64,000 nt of DNA from Laetmonice hystrix. Taxonomy: Eukaryota. The notes beneath the pieces were generated by a model. That model ran no database searches, was not told where the DNA came from, and saw only the letters and a list, made by a program, of their open reading frames with translations. Below, one piece after another: positions 26,109 to 39,700 of this stretch (positions are counted from its first letter, which is position 1; every line of letters begins with the position of its first letter). The DNA lies in assembly GCA_965235115.1 (NCBI GenBank), contig OZ249445.1, positions 12,090,001 to 12,154,000 on the forward strand, written 5' to 3'. Made by a program: the position numbers and the translations under genes.

Positions 26109-26527
26109 CTGAAGGACACAACATGGTGATTACTGGAGACTGGCTAACTGACAAACCAACCTGCTAACCTGCCACTTCTCACCACAGACATGATCTGTAC
26201 GGCGGCGGCGGCGGCCGACCTGTCACCGCCTGGCTCACGTACAGCCCACTCAACCGGTCCATATAACATACCGTCACACGTAAGTCATAACTAAACTTTC
26301 AAATATACACATTGTTACAGGCACCTTTTGTCTTCTTGTTTATTTCATACGTGATTTCTGAATTCCATGTGGCACCATTTCGAGGAACATTCGTATCTTA
26401 CCGCAAACGGCTGTTTAGTGATCGCATGCATTTATGCCGATTATTGGGCAAATAAAGATATTGAAACTGAATGGGGTCATAGGTGGCTGTTCATAAACTT
26501 TATAAATGGGAAATTTACATTTACAAC

Positions 26528-27491
26528 TGACTTCAGACAGCTCGTCATGATTGACATTGACTTCAGACAGCTCGTCATGATTGACATTGACTTCAGACAG
26601 CTCGTCATGATTGACAGTGATTTCAGACAGCTCGTCATGATTGACATTGACTTCAGACAGCTCGTCATGACTGACAGTGATTTCAGACAGCTCGTCATGA
26701 TTGACATTGACTTCAGACAGCTCGTCATGACTGACATTGACTTCAGACAGCTCGTCATGACTGACATTGACTTCAGACAGCTCGTCATGACTGAGATTGA
26801 CTTCAGGCAGCTTGTCTTGATTGACACTGACTTCAGACAGCTCGTCATGACTGACATTGACTTCAGACAGCTCGTCATGACTGACATTGACTTCAGACAG
26901 CTTGTCTTGCTTGACACTGACTTCAGACAGCTCGTCATGATTGACACTGACCTCAGACAGCTCGTCATGATTGAAACTGACTTCAGACAGCTTGTCTTGA
27001 TTGAAACTGACTTCAGACAGCTTGTCTTGATTGACACTGACCTCAGACAGCTCGTCATGATTGAAACTGACTTCAGACAGCTTGTCTTGATTGACACTGA
27101 CTTCAGACAGTTTGTCATGACTGACATTGACTTCAGACAGCTCGTCATGACTGACATTGACTTCAGACAGCTCGTCATGATTGACATTAGCTTCAGACAG
27201 CTCGTCATGATTGACATTGACTTCAGACAGCTCGTCATGATTGACATTGACTTCAGACAGCTTGTCATGATTGACATTAGCTTCAGACAGCTCGTCATGA
27301 TTGAAACTGACTTCAGACAGCTTGTCTTGATTGACACTGACTTCAGACAGATTGTCATGACTGACATTGACTTCAGACAGCTCGACATGATTGACATTGA
27401 CTTCAGACAGCTCGTCATGATTGACATTGACTTCAGACAGCTCGTCATGATTGACATTGACTTCAGACAGCTTGTCATGATTGATAATGAC
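26528..27491. repeat. 30-bp minisatellite, about 32 copies without indels (FUZ intron 5)
   Basis: Unit ttgacattgacttcagacagctcgtcatga with substitution variants. It accounts for the three long repetitive ORFs in the ORF track. Confidence 0.95.
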
Positions 27492-27802
27492 CATACCTTA
27501 TGAGAACTTCCTCCTAAAAACAACGCTTATAAATGGGACATACACCTACTCCTACCCACACAACATTCTAAGTTCTCAACTGCACTCCTATCCGCCATCG
27601 TATCAGCGTTACCGGCAGGGTATCGGAATTCTTCCCTACTATAGACCATAATACTTTACAATGATGTTCCCCGCATTCTCCACCATTGCACCCTCACCCC
27701 CTCCAACATGTGCAGTCAAGGGGCTGCACGGCGTCTGCTAAATGTCCCTCCTTGCTGTCAGCAGCGCCCCCTTTGGCCGGTCTCAAGAGTTGGATCCTAA
27801 CC

Positions 27803-28012
27803 CGCCTCGGGTGGCCGAGTGGTCAAAGGTGCTGGCTCATGATACCTAGGACCATCGCCTCACACCACTGCGGTCCTGATTTCGATCCCCGGCCAGGGCT
27901 GCATGTGTGAAAGGTTTTTCAGTCAGTTCCTTCCCGAAGGCCGGTGAACTGACTTTCATCATCATCATCTTTACCGCCGTGATATGACCCTGGCTGTTGC
28001 AAGGCGTAAAAC
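27803..28012 (+). mobile_element. tRNA-derived SINE
   Basis: A box GTGGCCGAGTGG (about 27811) and B box GATTTCGATCCCC (about 27878), then a non-tRNA body and a 3-prime end gatatgaccctggctgttgcaaggcgtaaaacc. A related 3-prime fragment is at about 42292-42330. Confidence 0.75.
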
Positions 28013-30200
28013 CCCACCCACCTAACCCTACCCCACCCAATCCCCGCGGCCCACCGACCAGTGTCAGGTCAGGTCTAGTCCCTGGGTACGCAGACACAGG
28101 TCGTATTCAACACAAGAATAACAAATCAAATCGGCATCAATCTCTGACGACAACCTGTCAGAGACGTGCCTTAAACATCCCAACCTTCCCTTTCACCTGC
28201 GTCCTTTTCAATCGTGTTCAAAACTATACCGGGAGCTTGCCTTAACACCCACAGAAGTTGAATACTTAGAAATGACACTTCCAACTAGGAAAGCTTTCAA
28301 AATTGAAAACATGAATCTCATAGTGAGAAATCAATACGAAATTCCCCGTTTGGGCATAAGGAACAAGAACATAGCATAACCCCACAAAAGCAATTCTGCT
28401 TGTTCTATTAAATTTTAAGTGACCCAATACCAATACGAAATGACAAAACTTTAAATATTCAGCACATCAGAGAAATATGAAATGAAACATAAAGCTTCTT
28501 GAGTGGTTGTTAAACTTTTGGATGAGCAGAAGCTTTTAAGCATCAATTAAATTACATTTTATTTAGAGTGAAATGGCCAGAAAGGAAAGTTTGGCATCTT
28601 CTGAAAGAAAATTCATGTGCTTAATTTTTCATGAGAATTAAAACAACTGAGTGTACACGACAGATGTATGGAATGAAATCGAAGCCGAAATGGTATAAGA
28701 TTAAGTCAAATCTATTTGATGCTCTGCTTTCCAGATTTGAACGGGTGTACTTTTAAGCAAATTTCTTCACAATATTAAAAGGACTTTAGTAATGTGATCC
28801 ATGTATTCGTTTTCCGCTGCAAATCACAAAATGACAGCGAGAGAGAGGAATGATTTGTTACATCCATATTCCGGGAGATCAGGTTCAGAGTAAGTGGTTT
28901 CTCCTCGAATGGCAGCCTAAGCCGCCTCTTAATGGTGTAACTTACTCTTTTCACTTCTTAAACTGCAAGTTTGTCTTCAGTCACGTTGCTGACGTTCAAG
29001 TCGGTATCAAAAGTCCAGATATTACTTCTACGATGATTGACATGTATCATAATACCGATCAAACTTAATACGTAATATATAAACATGTATAGCTGTACAA
29101 CTAAACCTCGTCATGTGTGATGGGAAACCATGTAAGACTTAATACAGGAACGAAAACTATCGTTACAATCTTACCAAACAAATCTAGGCTCTGATGTTCT
29201 AGAGCTTTTATAACGCTCACTTTACATGAAAATGTTTTTAAGAAGAAATATAGAAGATAATGTTGAAGACGACATGAAGTATGGTCCTGTGCCAATATCC
29301 TAGCTGTCCTTCACAACCAGAGTATTTCCCCATGCTGATCGATCCGAATCTGGATTATTCACAAGCAATCTCTGTCCTAAACATGTATAGTTAGTTCTAC
29401 TTCCGTCTGAATGCTCACGCAATTTCGCCAGGAAAAAGAAACTTACAAATCACAGATAGAAATCCTTTAAAACGATCGTCTCTCTACCAGGCTCCATGAA
29501 AGAGAGCACGGGAGGTTGTGTTGTTTATGCTTGCGTGTTGTCAGAAAACGGGATATACCCGTCAAAGGAACTGCTGGTGTTCATTATATAAATCCTTCAA
29601 AATTACTCATTAAAAGATAGTGCCATGGTTGCTAAGGGACTGGAGAAACTCAGAACATTTCTCATTTGAATCACAAATATGCTTATAATGTGAAGCAGTG
29701 GAGTTTGCATTTGATATAAAATTTCGTATTGTATTATCCTTTGAAGAGGCACTTTACCTGGATTCAAGTGACACTTTGATCCACGTAACTGTATGCACCC
29801 TTTCCCGCCCAGCAAGCGTTACTAATATCTTAATGCACAAACCAATTTCTCCAGCCATCTGTGAGCGATCTGCCAACTACAGACACGGTTTCTCAAACAT
29901 ATCGAACCGCCATGGACGTTCTAGTATACTCATCCACCTTCAACCTACTTTACTATAGACAATCAATGGCGCGTTATTATGGCTTGAATATATTTTAAGT
30001 AGATCTCCTTAAAATTTATGCTAATAAAGAGGGTCAATATCAAGGGTAAGTTAAAGAAGGGTCAAGTGAAAATAAACTTACGTATACTTGATCGGGTGAA
30101 GAGCGAGCATGAAAAAAACAGACTATACCCCCAAAAACGGTGGTGGTATGGTAGTTGATAGGGGCGGCAAACATGCGAGAATGGAGGGCGAGGTTGATAC

Positions 30201-30398
30201 CTTGGGACTGCCGACGGGTAGGAAGACGGGCACGTCTCGGGACGAACACCGGGGCAACGAGCGGATGAGGAGGGGCAGCAGCACCAGCTCCACGGCCGCT
30301 AACTCCCACCACTTGCGGGTTGCCACGGCAACCCTGCCATCGACCACCAGACAGCCGTACGGACTGCTGGCCGCCTCCACGAACGCGTCCAGGTAAGT
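30201..30398 (-). CDS. FUZ: FUZ exon 5
   Basis: Acceptor gtactttcag|. TYLDAFVEAASSPYGCLVVDGRVAVATRKWWELAAVELVLLPLLIRSLPRCSSRDVPVFLPVGSPK. Donor AAG|GTATCA. Strong match to the FUZ longin-2 region. Confidence 0.95.
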
Positions 30399-32198
30399 CT
30401 GAAAGTACAGGTAGGGCAGTGTCAACGACCACTTCATATCAAATCTCACGGCAACTTGAGTCACGGTTAACTTACCATGTAGATTTCATACTCGTACCAA
30501 TACATGAGCTTCACACCGCATCCAGCATTGGGCCATTCGATATAGACACCATTCAAAACTTCAATGCTACTAACTACAGGAATACTTTCTGAAATGGCCA
30601 CCTGACTCCACTGGTAAAATTAATCAGCAGGGTCTTTGAAAGTATTGGTCAACACAGTCAGATGTGAGTGGCCTGTGGGTGGTAGGGTATCATCAGTGTG
30701 AGTGGGGATTGTGACATTGTGAGGCCACCCGTGCCATGTCCAGTGCAGGAGGCACGCAGCAAGTCTCCCCTCACATGCGCCTCTCTGACATTTCAACATC
30801 ACAAAGTCACATCGAAATCCTACCATGGTACATGTGCCATACACATGTGCCATGCAGGGCTGTGGCACCTGTGCTTTACATATGGGCCACGGTACAAAAA
30901 CAAAACCATACACCATACAGAACCCGAGTACAGATTGTACAAATTAAGTAATTAAGAAAGTAATTTAATCTATGACACCAACTCTACCTTACAGGGCCAC
31001 GGTACTGTGTCATACACAACCCCTGTGGGTCCTCAGTAATACTGCATGTAATTACATGTGCCCTAAACCAATGTACAAATACCATGAGATCTCTATGTAC
31101 CATACAGATCGAGCAAAACACTCCGTTACAATGTTAACAAATTCAGTGGCAGCGTGTTTCACTTCAGTCAGCTTACAAACACCCTACTTTAACAAGATGT
31201 CTTAGAATATTTTCCACACAACATGGTTGAAACAATGCAGACATTCTGCTTGCCAATAAGCTTATAATGCTTCATGCTAACTTGAAACTTTTAGCCAAGT
31301 TTTTCTCAGTCGACAAGGTTGTAGAATTCATCCCTCACATAGCATTAGCACTGTACACAGCCAAAATGAACGCTGCATGAAGTAGAACAATTCTCCCGCG
31401 ATTCTTATCTATGAGAAATCTAGGACAGAGAATTCAGGCAATCGCAAGGATTTACACAAAAATGAAAATACAGAATATGAAAATAAGTTATCTCCTTGAA
31501 ATTAAATCAATAATGGATAAAATACGAAAGACCATCGGAGAATTGCATGTGCCTGTTGTTATTTGTTGTTTGTTTGTTTGTTGCTGCTGCTGCCGATGCC
31601 GCCACGACTGCCGTGGCTTGCGGCAGGGCTACAAGCTGTGACGAAATCCAGACAAGTCCACAGCATTCTTAAACCCGTCGCTTCTTACAATACTTCGGTG
31701 GGAGATGGGCGGAAGAGATTCACTACAAGAGACTGGCGGTTTTTGTAAAGCTGCCGGATTTTATTAACTCCCACTAGACGTAAAATGATTCATGCCTTGT
31801 CCCAGGGTTTAATGTTGTCAACGTCTTCAACAAGCTTTTTGCCACCTCTTGAGACCGTCATCTGCCAGCGCTGATAACACCTGACACTCTCTTGGCCGAC
31901 AGGTAAATTTCACGACATGGAAATTTTAGAGTATGGTGGAACGGCAGCCCAAAAACTGCGCCGAAATCATACGGGGGCGGGGAGGGAGAGCGGGGGTCTT
32001 ATCACCATGTCGTGCATTAACACACCTCGTACATTTTAGCATAAATTTAATGAACCGTTACAAAGTTTGGAAACGATAAAAATAATCACATATAAAACGA
32101 GATCATATTTGGCGGCGGTGGTGGGTGGGTGGTGTCGGGGCGGCGAGACAAGTGTTAGGATGGGAGAGGATGCAATCCATTAATCGTTAGACACTGAC

Positions 32199-32309
32199 CT
32201 GTAGAATATTGTTCTCAGGGGCTGCTATTATGTCCGTGGCGTTCACAATATGACCGCAGGTCGCGCTTTCCGACTGTTCCAGCAGACAATCCACCATCTT
32301 GTAACACAC
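32199..32309 (-). CDS. FUZ: FUZ exon 4
   Basis: Acceptor gatattttcag|. VCYKMVDCLLEQSESATCGHIVNATDIIAAPENNILQ matches ASYCLIDSFLGDSELIGDLTQCVDCVIPPEGSLLQ. Donor CAG|GTCAGT. Not in the ORF track frame. Confidence 0.9.
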
Positions 32310-35300
32310 CTGAAAATATCAAGACCAAAAAAACTAAAACTCTTTTAATGAAAATCCTCCTTCTCCGCACCTTTGATATCGAACTTGTAAGAGGCTTACG
32401 TGGAAATGGCAAAATCCAAATATTTTTGCCAAGTTTCGTATAAATTTAGGATGAGAAAATCTGAAGTATCCTTCCTAGTTTTTCCGTTCCCAGGGTTAAA
32501 TTGGCTGCGCGGATCTCAGGTAACGATTCTGCACCAGGGCAACAAATGCTGCGATAAGTGGCAGCGCTGCATGCTCAGAGATGCACCGGAGAGACAGGGA
32601 TTTTTGATAATAAATGCGATGCCTTGGACATGGCGGCTGGATGGCATGGAATTGTCGTGTCAGCTAGAGCGCTCCGGCTGCCTTCATGAGTCTGAAACCA
32701 GCTCGCCATCCTACGGCTGGTTAGGCATGGCGGTTGGGGGGTACGGGGGTGGAGGTGGGGGTGGGGGCGGGGATGGGGTTATGCCCTCTTAGCACTGGCA
32801 TAAAAACATCAATCAGGCAACACCGACTAGACCTTAAAAATCTTGTGACGTCATGATCTGCTAACTATTCAACCGGAATTCTCTACATTTGGCACTGTTT
32901 CAAAGTGCCCATACCCGACCTTTTTCTGAAAACTATTTCTACAAACATAATGCATTGACACAAAAAAGGGCCCTACGTTTCTATGGAGGCTACAGTTCAA
33001 AGTCCACTCTTGTAAATACAAGCAGTTTGATTCCCCCATTCAAAGTTCTTTGGCATCAGCCGATAGTTTTGGTAGGTATCGTACCACTTCTCTGAAAAAG
33101 CCTTTTACTGTCAGATGGAATATCAGAAGCACCGGTGCAATATCACGTCCTTCCTTAGTCGCTTCACCAGAGCTTACTAACAAATACAACGACTGAAGTT
33201 GTCGCAAAAATATCATTTAAACTAAGCTGCCAGGGGCCTTTGTGTGGCTGGTTCTCCTTCAGTCAACCAGGTGCCTTAGTGTGTCAGATTTGATACACTA
33301 CCAGTTAGCGTGTATAGAGAGAGGGAGGGCACCCAGTATGTTAACGTCACCCGGGTCGTTTTATTGGCACGCACCACGGATACGTTCAGTATCATCTCCA
33401 GGTACAGGAGAACAACGGGTACAGTCAACAGCCAGTAGGCTTCATCCTACACTGCCTGTCCCTGTCTCACTCTCTCTTGTCATTCATTCCACTTTCATAC
33501 ATTCCCTTCTTTCAAATATTTCATTTCCACCGAACAATAGCCGGCTGGGGCGGCGTTTATCCTGGTGGACAATGTCAATGGAGAAAATCTGACACTATGT
33601 TTATCTTTTATAAATATAATCATTTTGTAGGTTCTTTGATTTCTTCAGCTTGATACAGATTGTTTTTGGTGTTTATTGATTTTTTTAAAATATATTCAAA
33701 GCCCATCGCAGAACACCCCCATAAAATGAGCCTCTTCAAAGACTGTTAGCACTTCATTTTCAACACCTACTCATCTAGTGTTACACGATGAAAACACTGC
33801 TGTACTCTTTCTTGGTGGAAAATGAAGCTTCTACATTGAACGTACTTATCAAACAATATAAGCTGTGCTGATCTCTTTGATAGCTCACAGAATACTGGTC
33901 GTGGTTATTGTGTAATTCGTCCCGGGATAAAGAAACTAATTGGTAAAAATATATCCTGAACCTTATTAGAGTGACATAGCTGGGTGTCGGCTGTTTCAGC
34001 GGCTGTTCGTAACAGTGACACTATGTGTGCAGCTATACAATTCCACGGCGTCATGCAAATGAAAAAAGGGAATTTTATATGTTCCTCTTTGATTTCCGAA
34101 CAAAACAACTACAAGACACCATAGCGCAGTGTAACGCCTGCAACTTGATCCCAGTCGGTGCCCGACGCAGGCCCGCAAACTCCTCTCCTATTGCATATCG
34201 GTTTGTGAAAAGTACATATCAACTGAAAAGAAATCTACAGGCTACCATTAAATGTAGTCGGGCGTGTTTCTGCCCACTGCCATCCACTCATAATGAGGTC
34301 TATTATGTTATATTCATGGGAGTATAACTCGGTGAGATGCGTGGAGACAAAGTCTGCTCGCTGCTCAGATTCACGGCTAATCAAGTGAGAAATGAAAGTT
34401 TAGTTCAAACGATCGTTAACGCTGGTTGGGAGGTAGTTCTCTAGCCGAGCCAGCGCCGAGCTATGTCCCATTTAAACAGGCGCTATACATAATTCAGAGT
34501 TGGCCAAACGTTTTGAGGAAATTAATTATCACGGGCATACTTCAGCCCTACCAGGCAATGTAAGGCCCGGGGAAAAGTACCAGCTCGGAGCGACGTGCTT
34601 TTAAATATATGTTGTACGTATTCTGTATGATGGCGTAATCAAGGCTTTCTCTTCACAACACAGCTTTCTCAGACTCAATCTATACGTATGCAAAGCTCTT
34701 ATATCAGTCTCCACTGCAACGACTTTGCTAGTGTTTCACAAAGCTCCACTTTGATTCGTACAGAGGAAATAACTTATACATAAACCGTTTCCTGGTTTTA
34801 GAGCATTGCTTTCTTCACCAGTTACTCAGCATCAAAGGAAATCAACATTACGAATGCTGTCTTTCATATTGATATCAATTAACCGAAAACTTCTAACACG
34901 GTTTATGTGATGTTCCAGGCCTACTTCTGTGTTTTGAAAAGGATCTGTAACCATATGCGATAGAAATACATAATTATCTTTCAAATGTTTTCCTAAAGAC
35001 ACAGTAGTAAACAGGACATTACTAGCACATTATTTGTTCATCTGGGGACTGTTCGAAATCTGATGACGGTACAGTCCTGACGCATATATCCCGACACAAT
35101 ATCACACAACATGCTAGTAATCGGTGATAGTTACAGGAACTCGGAGATACCTGTGTAACCGTCAATGTAACCTGAATCTCACCACCAGGCATGTGGTGAT
35201 ATGTTTTTGGTTACACCGATTCTAGCCTTCACTTGGACAAAAAAAGGTTAAACGCATACATGCCAGCAATTCAAAACTTCTGCAATAATAGAATTGCACT

Positions 35301-36003
35301 GAAAATAGAGGACCGTGGAAGAGAAACTATATCACATTCACCACAAATAGTTTCAGCTTTCAAATCCTTGGCAGTGGAGAGAAAAGGGGTTGGCGGTCAG
35401 GGACACCTGATAGCTGCGATATTTTCACCACACAAAACCGTTTTGAGTCCGAGGAAAACAAACCTGTGTCCTGTAACTAGTGTCCTGCTATCATCCGTAA
35501 TTATACACGTGACATATCCCCCACCTCAGCTTGGAATACAGATTCCAAGCCATACTATCTCTGCTCCCGTGCAGCACTAAGGCACTTACGGGATATGTTG
35601 GAATAAGATACAAATAAAGACTAGTTTTTTTGAGACTGGTTTAACAGTCCATGGGCACAAGTACCATCAGTTTAATCCTAATCTGCCCATCCATCCTATT
35701 CCCCCACCCTACAGGGCCCGCAGTGGATAGTGTTTAAACACACCATACACTCATACTGCTCAGACAGATTGAAATGGTTTTTTTTAAAACCACACCAAGT
35801 AAATTCTGCCCGGTACATCTGTACGGGTTTCTTTCACCAAGCCGTGTTGCCATCTCCTCGTGTTACTGTTACATGTGGCGATCAATTTACATACAATCAC
35901 TCAATGTACGTATATGTTTGAAACACTGGTGGTTTAATTGATGGCCTGGGTAGGTCGCTCCCGACATGGCCTTTCTCCTGGCAGTATGACATTTCAATCT
36001 TAC

Positions 36004-36157
36004 TTTGATCTCCCGCTTGAAGCGCTCGATGTTCTTGATGTGGCTGAGGTCATCGAGTCCATAGAGGAGTACCATCGACTGGAAGATGAAGTCGAGGAGT
36101 TGGGTGAAGTGGACGTCAGTGGCGTGGTCGTCCTGGGACACGATGATCAGGGTCAAA
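36004..36157 (-). CDS. FUZ: FUZ exon 3
   Basis: Acceptor gatatgttacag|. (S)LTLIIVSQDDHATDVHFTQLLDFIFQSMVLLYGLDDLSHIKNIERFKREIK. Donor AAA|GTAAGA. Confidence 0.95.
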
Positions 36158-36730
36158 CTGTAACATATCAAACACTGGGTGTTAACACTGGCTGGGACAT
36201 CCTCGCTCAGGGTCAAACTGTAAGATATCACTGGGTGTTAACACTGGTTGGGACATCCTCGCTCAGGGTCAGACTGTAACGTATCACTGGCTGGGACATC
36301 CTCGCTCAGGGTCAAACTGTAACATATCACTGGCTGGGACATCCTCGCTCAGGGTCAAACTGTAACATATCACTGGCTGGGACATCCTCGCTCAGGGTCA
36401 AACTGTAACATATCACTGGGTGTTAACACTGGCTGGGACATCCTCGCTCAGGGTCAAACTGTAACATATCACTGGGTGTTAACACTGGCTGGGACATCCT
36501 CGCTCAGGGTCAAACTGTAACATATCACTGGGTGTTAACACTGGCTGGGACATCCTTGCTCAGGGTCAAACTGTAACATATCACTGGGTGTTAACACTGG
36601 CTGGGACATCCTCGCTCAGGGTCAAACTGTAACATATCACTGGGTGTTAACACTGGCTGGGACATCCTCGCTCAGGGTCAAACTGTAACATATCACTGGG
36701 TGTTAACACTGGCTGGGACATCCTCGCTCA
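36147..36730. repeat. Minisatellite with 56-, 43- and 60-bp units (11 junction copies), built from the FUZ exon 3 acceptor
   Basis: Minus-strand motif tgatatgttacag|TTTGACCCTGA with the junction at 36157, 36217, 36273, 36316, 36359, 36402, 36458, 36514, 36570, 36626 and 36682. Confidence 0.95.
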
Positions 36731-39700
36731 CAATCCTCACACATCATATCAAACAATCATTGACGTCTTTCTCCTCACTAGTCTGCCATCCAAGCTCGAG
36801 TATACAAATCTAATGAGGGCACCAAAAAACTCATGTACCATACAACAAAAGGTTTTTTTATTATTATAAAAACTCATGACAAATGAGGTAGAAATGGTTG
36901 ATTACTTTTTTTAAAGACTAGGACTGCATTGTTTCAAATGGAAGCTTTATACAAAAGATGCTCTGAAATCAAAGTAGAGAGATATCACAGAAATACATGC
37001 GCTCTTACAATGCATAAACTTTTCATGCACAAAATTCTTTATGTCAAAAATCGCCTCAACAGACAGTAGTTCTATCCATCTCAGAAAATGAAAAAGATGA
37101 AAGACTAGAAACATAAAGACACGCAGAGACTGAACACAGTTGATTCAATATATCATTACATATCCTTGAACGAACAAAGACTGAAAATACTGGTTCATAA
37201 TGTATATAATCTTGACAGAATTTATGAACGTTGCATCATACAATTCGTTTAACCTTATCATCTGAGTTAAGAATTGCAAGTCTATGTCTGATGAGCAGAA
37301 AGACAATGGCACCAACACAATAGCTCATAACTAACTCACATACTCTTCTCGTCCACCGCACATACACATTCCCATAGATAGAAATCAGAATTTAATCATG
37401 TTATGTCATGAATCACTTTCTTTCGAGAAACGTTTTACGAAACAATAAAATAACTTAATAATCCGTTACTTTAAAATCCTTTCAAATGATAATTTCTTGC
37501 TGGGAATGGCTGCAAACAAGGGCAAGTACGACATGAAAACGGTTCAAAGCCTAAGGCTTAATCCATCATACTTGTCAAAAGCAGCTGGGGTGAAAAATCT
37601 GGACAGTTCTTGTTTTGGGATGTTTGGCCACTTTGTCCAGGGACTCTGTCTTCCTGCTGCTTCCTCTTAAAAACATATGGGTTTCCGTGTAAAAATGCAC
37701 ATATTAAATCCACAGATTCAAGGAAAAAGAAGCTCTGTAAACAAAATTGGCACCAGCCAAACTGACAGAGAGACATTCAAATTTAATCCAACACTGCCCA
37801 CCACCCGAAGGTGGACGTGTAGGCTGGTGGTTCTATACGGACTATCTATACGACAGTCACACAAACGTCAATATACTGACGCAAGGCCAAAACGGAACTT
37901 AGACTGAAAAACTTGACTGGGATAAAGTGAGGGAGAAGTTCTGAAAGAAAAGAAGGTACAGCTAAGTGCACACCTTAGGGACATTTTAAGAAAACAAAGG
38001 AAGTAAAACGACTGCTAGACAACGGCATAAATAGGCTAACGCAGCAGTGAAGTAACAATGGAATTTCAAAGTTTCTCTCTCAGAAAGACGAGTCGGAAGG
38101 TATAGCTCCTGATATGTAAATGCTTAATGAGATCTGACATACAGCACTGCGCTCCTTGCAACTTCTGCATTCTAAATCCCAAAAGCTTGAATAAAATGGT
38201 TGTTCTCCTGAAATTCATTGCCAGATTGAAATGAATGTTTCATACTAGAAGAATACAATATCAGCTATTCACGTCAACTTTCTGGGCGACAATAGCTGCG
38301 CTCTATCAGTTAGGATGTATCTCTAAGTCGGCGTATCAGTAAATCTTTTTGTGAAACTTGTCAAATTCATCTGAGATTGGCTGCCTGATTTTGCCGGTCG
38401 TGCCTCGGCCAGCTGCTGTGCACAGAGTGCTCATAACTTGGAGGTGCCGACGACACCGCCTTCAGTCCGCTATTATGTGGGTGGCTTTACCTTATAAGGC
38501 AACCGCCTGTTACATAATCGCGCCGGTGGTACGCATGGTGCCCCGGAGCAAAAAACTCCCCCATTTCAATGTACATTTAAAGGAAGAAATCTTCCTATTT
38601 GCACACTTATGACTGAGCACCATTAAAAGGATATTGCTTGATTTTAAGAGTCTGTCATTGACAGGTGCCGGTGCTCTATCAAAGCTGTTTCTGAAACGCT
38701 ATGTAAAAACCGGAGTAATTTCCACGAAAACAGCAACTTTTTGCCACTCTGATGATATGTTTTAAGGAGTGCAAACAAAATATTTGATGAATGCGACCAA
38801 AAATAACTTCTGAAATTTCAAGATTTTCAATTTGAAAGTGAATATGATAGATGATGCATCCATTTTAATTGCCAAAATCGATTCATTTTGAAACATGAAA
38901 TACTAACGAATATCATCTGCATCGATGGCGACACAACTGACTTGTGCACACGTCAAACAGAAACTGCCATAAATTAATGATTAAAATGGAAAGCAAAAAA
39001 TTCCTAACCAATTAAGATACTCATTCAAAATGGCGTCCCATATTTCAAAGATGAACAAACTCCCATACACATAATTAATTGGGTAAAATAACTTTGGCTT
39101 TGCAAACAACAATGGATACGACGTCGCTGGCGCAAGGCACACTGGGTAATTTCACGGTGCTATTGTTGCCGTGATCAACACCCCTAAATGGAGCAAGGTA
39201 ATGATCTGGTCTTGATCTCCCTCGGGGAGGGGGTGGGGCAGGGTATAGTCAGGTGTATTACCCTCCTCAATCGCCATTCAACGTAGTCAAAAGACTTACT
39301 TCTGTCCTGAAGAAAACACCCCAAATCACACGCTCAATGCGTGATGCCATTTAAGCCATGCAGACTCAGCACATTCGAAGCCAGCACTTGGCTGAGATAT
39401 GTTGCAAAAGAAATTTGACAGAAAATTGAGTCAGTTTATTTGAAATTTACTGAAAATTAATTCCACTGGAAGATTACAATTTTCATTTAAATTAGATTAC
39501 GTGGTCATTAGGAATAATGCGTGCTGGTTGGCTGTCTATTATTAGAAATCTTGCCTGGATACAGCTGCCTGGCTGTACTGTAAGTAAAGAAATGCATCGG
39601 GAGGAAATTAAAGTCAATTTGGAGATTCAATAAGAAAAGATACAAAATTGAAATCTTCTGAAGATGATTACTTATAACCGAGTTGCCTGCCTATGGTGGC

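Noticed and set aside
26415-27523. 348- and 359-aa minus-strand ORFs as real genes
   Set aside because: They are explained by a stop-free 30-bp unit. They lie in FUZ intron 5 with almost no unique sequence, and unit variants are mostly non-synonymous in these frames.
27803-27900. Functional tRNA gene
   Set aside because: It has A and B boxes, but the anticodon region is expanded with no clean cloverleaf and it continues into a SINE body.
30109-30396. Plus-strand ORF ending at a perfect AG|GTAAGT donor
   Set aside because: It is the antisense shadow of FUZ exon 5; the donor-like word is the complement of the Thr-Tyr-Leu codons.
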